DNA of 64,000 nucleotides, from the NCBI GenBank assembly GCA_016779485.1, contig JADHNN010000006.1:2202-66201 (forward strand), written 5' to 3'. Source of the DNA: Gammaproteobacteria bacterium. Its GTDB lineage: Bacteria > Pseudomonadota > Gammaproteobacteria > GCA-002705445 > GCA-002716945. Of the stretch, positions 60,440-64,000 are shown piece after piece; position 1 is the first letter of the stretch, and the number at the start of each line of letters is the position of its first letter. Made by a program: the position numbers and the translations under genes. The notes beneath the pieces were generated by a model, which saw only the letters and a list, made by a program, of their open reading frames with translations, was not told the origin of the DNA and did no database searches.

Positions 60440-60781
60440 AATTGAGAGTTAGTTGATAAGCCGGGTTCTGTCTCGTACAGCCATTTATCTAGAGTTATTG
60501 TCACCAATAACCTCATTAGCAGCAACCACGTGATTATATTGGGATTAATCACAAATTTGCCTTGCTCCAAGCGGGGTTTACTTTTGCCTACCTCGTTACC
60601 TTGGTAGCGGTAAGCTCTTACCTTACCTTTTCACCCTTACCTCCCTAAGGAGGCGGTTATTTTCTGTAGCACTTTCCAAAACTCACATTTTCCAGGCATT
60701 ACCTGGCGCTTTTCATCCCTGGAGCCCGGACTTTCCTCTATATATTATAAATATATAGCAGCTGTATAACCAACTCTCGGT
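60440..60781 (-). ncRNA. rnpB: RNase P RNA (bacterial type A)
   Basis: The reverse complement contains GAGGAAAGUCCGGGCUCCA (P4 5' strand) and AGGGUGAAA...GGUAAGAGC, and ends ACAGAACCCGGCUUAUC as E. coli M1 RNA does. The P1 pairing is AGAGUUGGUU/AACUAACUCU. The length is about 340 nt. The ends are approximate to within a few nt. Confidence 0.9.
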
Positions 60782-60814
60782 TTTTATTATAAGAATATAC
60801 TTTTATTATGCAAA

Positions 60815-61624
60815 CTATTTACGTGCAGCTAAATATGCTACCCACGCTGGATCAGCATCACTTTTAGTTACTTTGTAAAATCTTTCAGTTTCCTCATTTT
60901 TTTTATCATTCCAACCTTGCATATAAATATCTACTTTCTTAAAACCAGCCTCTTTAAGACATTCTTGTATTTCTGGCAATGTCCATAGTCTCCAGTTATA
61001 AGTGAAAGCCTTATTAATTTTTGTCTTATCTGGAAATTCGAAATGGATGTGACACTTGATATCATGAGTTATTGGATTAAATGAAGATTGATCCCAAACG
61101 TAAGTAAAATTTTTGTGTTTTGTTCTCTCTTCTAAGAGCTGATGTGCTTCATATCCACCAAAAGCATCTAACATTAAAATACCTTTATTTTTCAGCTGCT
61201 TATAAGCATGTTTAAAATAATTAATTAATTTTTTCCTTTCTTTAAATACAAAATAACTAAAGTTTGTTGCTAAGACACAGTCAACTTTATCTTTACTGAA
61301 TTTCGATGAATCACCATAGTAAATTTTAAGCCTGTCCTGTTGATCTTCTGAAAGCTTCATTTGTGAGTTTTTCTTTGCTTCTCTGACCATATTTTTATCT
61401 AGGTCTACAGCAACAGCAGTGTTTTCTTTGTTATCCAAGACCCATTCAGCTGATATTAAAGCAGAAGCACAGAAATCTTCCCTGAGACTTTTACACTTAG
61501 TATTATTATATCGCTTAAATAGTTTATTAATAAAATCAACTTCAAACTCAGTACACTGTACAGACTCCTCATACAACCTGTTTATATCAGCATTACTAGC
61601 AGATAATTTCTTTTTTTTCTTCAT
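60815..61624 (-). CDS. Hypothetical protein, possibly a SAM-dependent methyltransferase-fold enzyme
   Basis: 269 aa with a Lys-rich N-terminus and no secretion signal. The methyltransferase assignment is weak because no clean GxGxG motif is present. Confidence 0.35.
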   Translation of the reverse strand: MKKKKKLSASNADINRLYEESVQCTEFEVDFINKLFKRYNNTKCKSLREDFCASALISAEWVLDNKENTAVAVDLDKNMVREAKKNSQMKLSEDQQDRLKIYYGDSSKFSKDKVDCVLATNFSYFVFKERKKLINYFKHAYKQLKNKGILMLDAFGGYEAHQLLEERTKHKNFTYVWDQSSFNPITHDIKCHIHFEFPDKTKINKAFTYNWRLWTLPEIQECLKEAGFKKVDIYMQGWNDKKNEETERFYKVTKSDADPAWVAYLAARK

Positions 61625-62561
61625 TATAATTCTCGATGTAAAAATTCTTTAAGTTATCAATAGGTTCATTTGAGTTAATTAAGTTATGAAGGTGCTTTCT
61701 CCATCTCTTAGATAATCCGGTTCCTTTGTGAAGATTAGTAAGATGTTTAAGTGCAAATAACTTGTTCACAGTATCAGCAGCATCTAGTTCATCTATATAC
61801 TCACATACAATTTCTTCGATTGTAAAAGTTTTTGAGTTAGAGAATACCTTGTTCTCTATTTCAGCTAGAAACATTGGTTTATTGTATATTTTTCTTCCAA
61901 TCATAACACCATTGTAAATTTTTAACATTTCCTCTATTTGATCAATATCTTCAATCCCACCATTTATAAAAATTTTTACGTCAGGAAACATTTCCTTTAA
62001 TTTAAAGACATCATCATATCTAAGTTTTGGTATAGATCTGTTTTTCCTAGTTGATATTCCATTTAAAATGGCATTTCTTGCATGAATGTAATAAATATCA
62101 CATCCTGCATTGCTGGTCTGATCTATGAAATCTATAATCTTTCGTAAGTCATGCTCGTAACCTATGCCAAGTCTAGTTTTTATTGAAATAGGAGTTTTAG
62201 TATTTGACTTAATAGCATCTACATATTCAGCTATCTGGGATGGAGTTTCTATTTGACATGCTCCGAAACCACCTTTAACTACTTTGGAACTGGGACAACC
62301 AATATTAAGGTTAATCTCATCAAAGCCTTGTTCTGTTATTATCTCAGCACATTGAATAAATTTATTTTTATCATTTCCAGCAAGCTGTACGACCACTGGG
62401 TGCTCGACATCTTTGACGATATACTCTTTAAATCTTCCTCTTAAAAGAGAATCAACAGTTATCATTTCAGTAAATAAAACAATATTTGGTGAAATTATAC
62501 GCACTAATTTTCTAAAATACTTGTCTGTACGACCAACCATTGGTGCTAAAAAAATTTTCAT
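61596..62561 (-). CDS. dusA: tRNA-dihydrouridine synthase (DusA-like)
   Basis: N-terminal LAPMVGRTDKYFRKL and an FMN-binding TIM-barrel region with a catalytic Cys (NIGCPS). Confidence 0.8.
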   Translation of the reverse strand: MKIFLAPMVGRTDKYFRKLVRIISPNIVLFTEMITVDSLLRGRFKEYIVKDVEHPVVVQLAGNDKNKFIQCAEIITEQGFDEINLNIGCPSSKVVKGGFGACQIETPSQIAEYVDAIKSNTKTPISIKTRLGIGYEHDLRKIIDFIDQTSNAGCDIYYIHARNAILNGISTRKNRSIPKLRYDDVFKLKEMFPDVKIFINGGIEDIDQIEEMLKIYNGVMIGRKIYNKPMFLAEIENKVFSNSKTFTIEEIVCEYIDELDAADTVNKLFALKHLTNLHKGTGLSKRWRKHLHNLINSNEPIDNLKNFYIENYNEEKKEIIC

Positions 62562-62611
62562 ATCTAATCTTATAACTTATTAATTTTGAATTAAAAGATT
62601 ATAATATTGTA

Positions 62612-63220
62612 ATGTCTAATAAACTACAAAAACATGAGATATCAATAGCTATATTAGCCGGAGGCAAATCCTCAAGAATGAAGGGAAATGATAAAGGCTT
62701 AATGGAATTTAATAGTAGATCTGTACTGTCTAGGATAATAGGCTTAGCAAATGAATACTCATCAGATGTATTTGTCATTGCGAATAATAATATTGATTCA
62801 TATCGGTTAATACATGAACCTGTATATTCAGATATTTTGGATGACTTTCAAGGACCATTGTCAGGAATATATACAGCTCTAAATAAATCTAAAAATAAAA
62901 AAGTAATAGTACTACCATGTGATGGCCCATTTATAAAAACAGAATATTTTCAAAGATTAATTTCATATGATCGTAAAGAAAGAATACAAGTTGTTAAAAC
63001 AGGAAACCGTCTACAGCCGGTATATGCTTTAATTGACTCTTATTTGGAAGATAACCTTAGAGTTTTTCTTCTATCCGGAGAGAGAAAAATTGATAAGTGG
63101 TATACTGCATGCAAATTTGATGAAATATTATTCAATGAAAATGATGAAATGTTCATAAATATTAACTCCGAAGATGATGTTAAAGATAATGAAAAATTAA
63201 TAAAAAAAATGTATGGATAA
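62612..63220 (+). CDS. mobA: Molybdenum cofactor guanylyltransferase
   Basis: The motif ILAGGKSSRMKG-DKGL and the LPCDGPF motif in a 202-aa protein. Confidence 0.8.
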   Translation: MSNKLQKHEISIAILAGGKSSRMKGNDKGLMEFNSRSVLSRIIGLANEYSSDVFVIANNNIDSYRLIHEPVYSDILDDFQGPLSGIYTALNKSKNKKVIVLPCDGPFIKTEYFQRLISYDRKERIQVVKTGNRLQPVYALIDSYLEDNLRVFLLSGERKIDKWYTACKFDEILFNENDEMFININSEDDVKDNEKLIKKMYG

Positions 63221-63743
63221 AAGAAAGATAGCTTGGTGCATTACTGGCTCTGGTCATTATTTAAAAGAATCAATAGATTTAATGCTCACATTAGACAATG
63301 TTGATTTATATTTAAGTAAAGCAGGTGAAGAAGTTTTAAAATGGTATGACTATGAATTATCTGATTTCAAAAAAAAGAAGATTAAAATTTTTAAAGATGT
63401 TACATCAAGTTCATCTCCAGTTAGTCTTATGTATGAATCTGTATATAAGCTTGTTGTGATATCTCCAACTACATCCAATACAATTGCTCTAATGGCTCAA
63501 GGTATTTCAAATAATTTGGTAACAAATATGTTTGCACAAGCAGGAAAATGTGAAATACATTCATTAGTATTTGCCTGTGATACAGAACCTGTTGTCATAA
63601 CACAAGCACCTAAAAAATTAGTTACACTCTACCCAAGGAAAATTGATTTAAAAAATTATAATGTACTAAGAAAATTTGAAAATGTTACTGTAGTTGATAA
63701 TGTTAGTTCTTTAAAAAAATCTCTTAAGAAACTAATTAAATGA
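63213..63743 (+). CDS. HFCD-family flavoprotein (UbiX/Dfp/archaeoflavoprotein-like fold)
   Basis: N-terminal AWCITGSGHY flavin-binding signature in a 176-aa protein. The exact subfamily cannot be called. Confidence 0.45.
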   Translation: MDKRKIAWCITGSGHYLKESIDLMLTLDNVDLYLSKAGEEVLKWYDYELSDFKKKKIKIFKDVTSSSSPVSLMYESVYKLVVISPTTSNTIALMAQGISNNLVTNMFAQAGKCEIHSLVFACDTEPVVITQAPKKLVTLYPRKIDLKNYNVLRKFENVTVVDNVSSLKKSLKKLIK

Positions 63744-64000
63744 AAAACATATTGTTTATTACAGGAAAGCTTGCTGAAAAAGGTCTTAAAACTGTCATTG
63801 AATCTATAGATGATAAAAGTTTTTCATATGAAATAAGAAATTTAAATGTCAACGTTGCTGCATTACTTACTACCGATATGATTGAACGTAGAATTGGTGA
63901 CGTAAGTTCATTTGATGAAATAATTATTCCAGGGAGGGTTCGAGGAAATCTAGATGAGCTTAAAAATAAGATCAATAAGAAAATTACAAGAGGTCCAGAC
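63741..64000 (+). CDS. Hypothetical protein, N-terminal fragment (runs off the window end)
   Basis: ORF MKNILFITGKLAEKGLKTVIESID... begins 3 nt before the flavoprotein stop and is probably co-transcribed. There is no confident family call. Confidence 0.35.

Overview
This is a densely packed, very AT-rich chromosomal stretch of roughly 30% GC, judged by eye. Gene content and order are gammaproteobacterial and resemble Pseudomonas (hom-thrC; ilvIH-ilvC-pssA-leuA; rluD-pgeF/bamD; lpxC-secA-argJ-nudix). I support about 75 features, nearly all housekeeping. The main blocks are threonine and branched-chain amino-acid biosynthesis, a soxXYZA thiosulfate-oxidation core flanked by TusA-like and YeeE/YedE sulfur-handling genes and c-type cytochromes, queCE-ruvC-yebC-nadA-aspS, an RND efflux pair, and a nearly complete dcw cell-division/cell-wall cluster running from mraZ to lpxC on the minus strand. 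One tRNA-Lys(UUU) and an RNase P RNA gene (rnpB, directly upstream of mraZ) are readable from the sequence. I found no transposases, integrases, CRISPR arrays, phage genes or obvious defence islands. The most unusual observations are architectural. ftsZ sits between ftsL and ftsI, with the ftsL stop codon inside its Shine-Dalgarno sequence, while ftsA abuts lpxC. A 64-aa stand-alone J-domain ORF is inserted, with overlapping stop/start codons, between mraZ and rsmH. A truncated Sox system lacks soxB and soxCD. A tRNA-Lys abuts a hydrolase gene that has no in-frame start codon, which suggests a homopolymer frameshift. A possible 26-aa membrane peptide lies in front of coaE. No convincing novel multi-gene system such as a defence or secretion island is visible. 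My text-based coordinates may be off by 1 nt in places.
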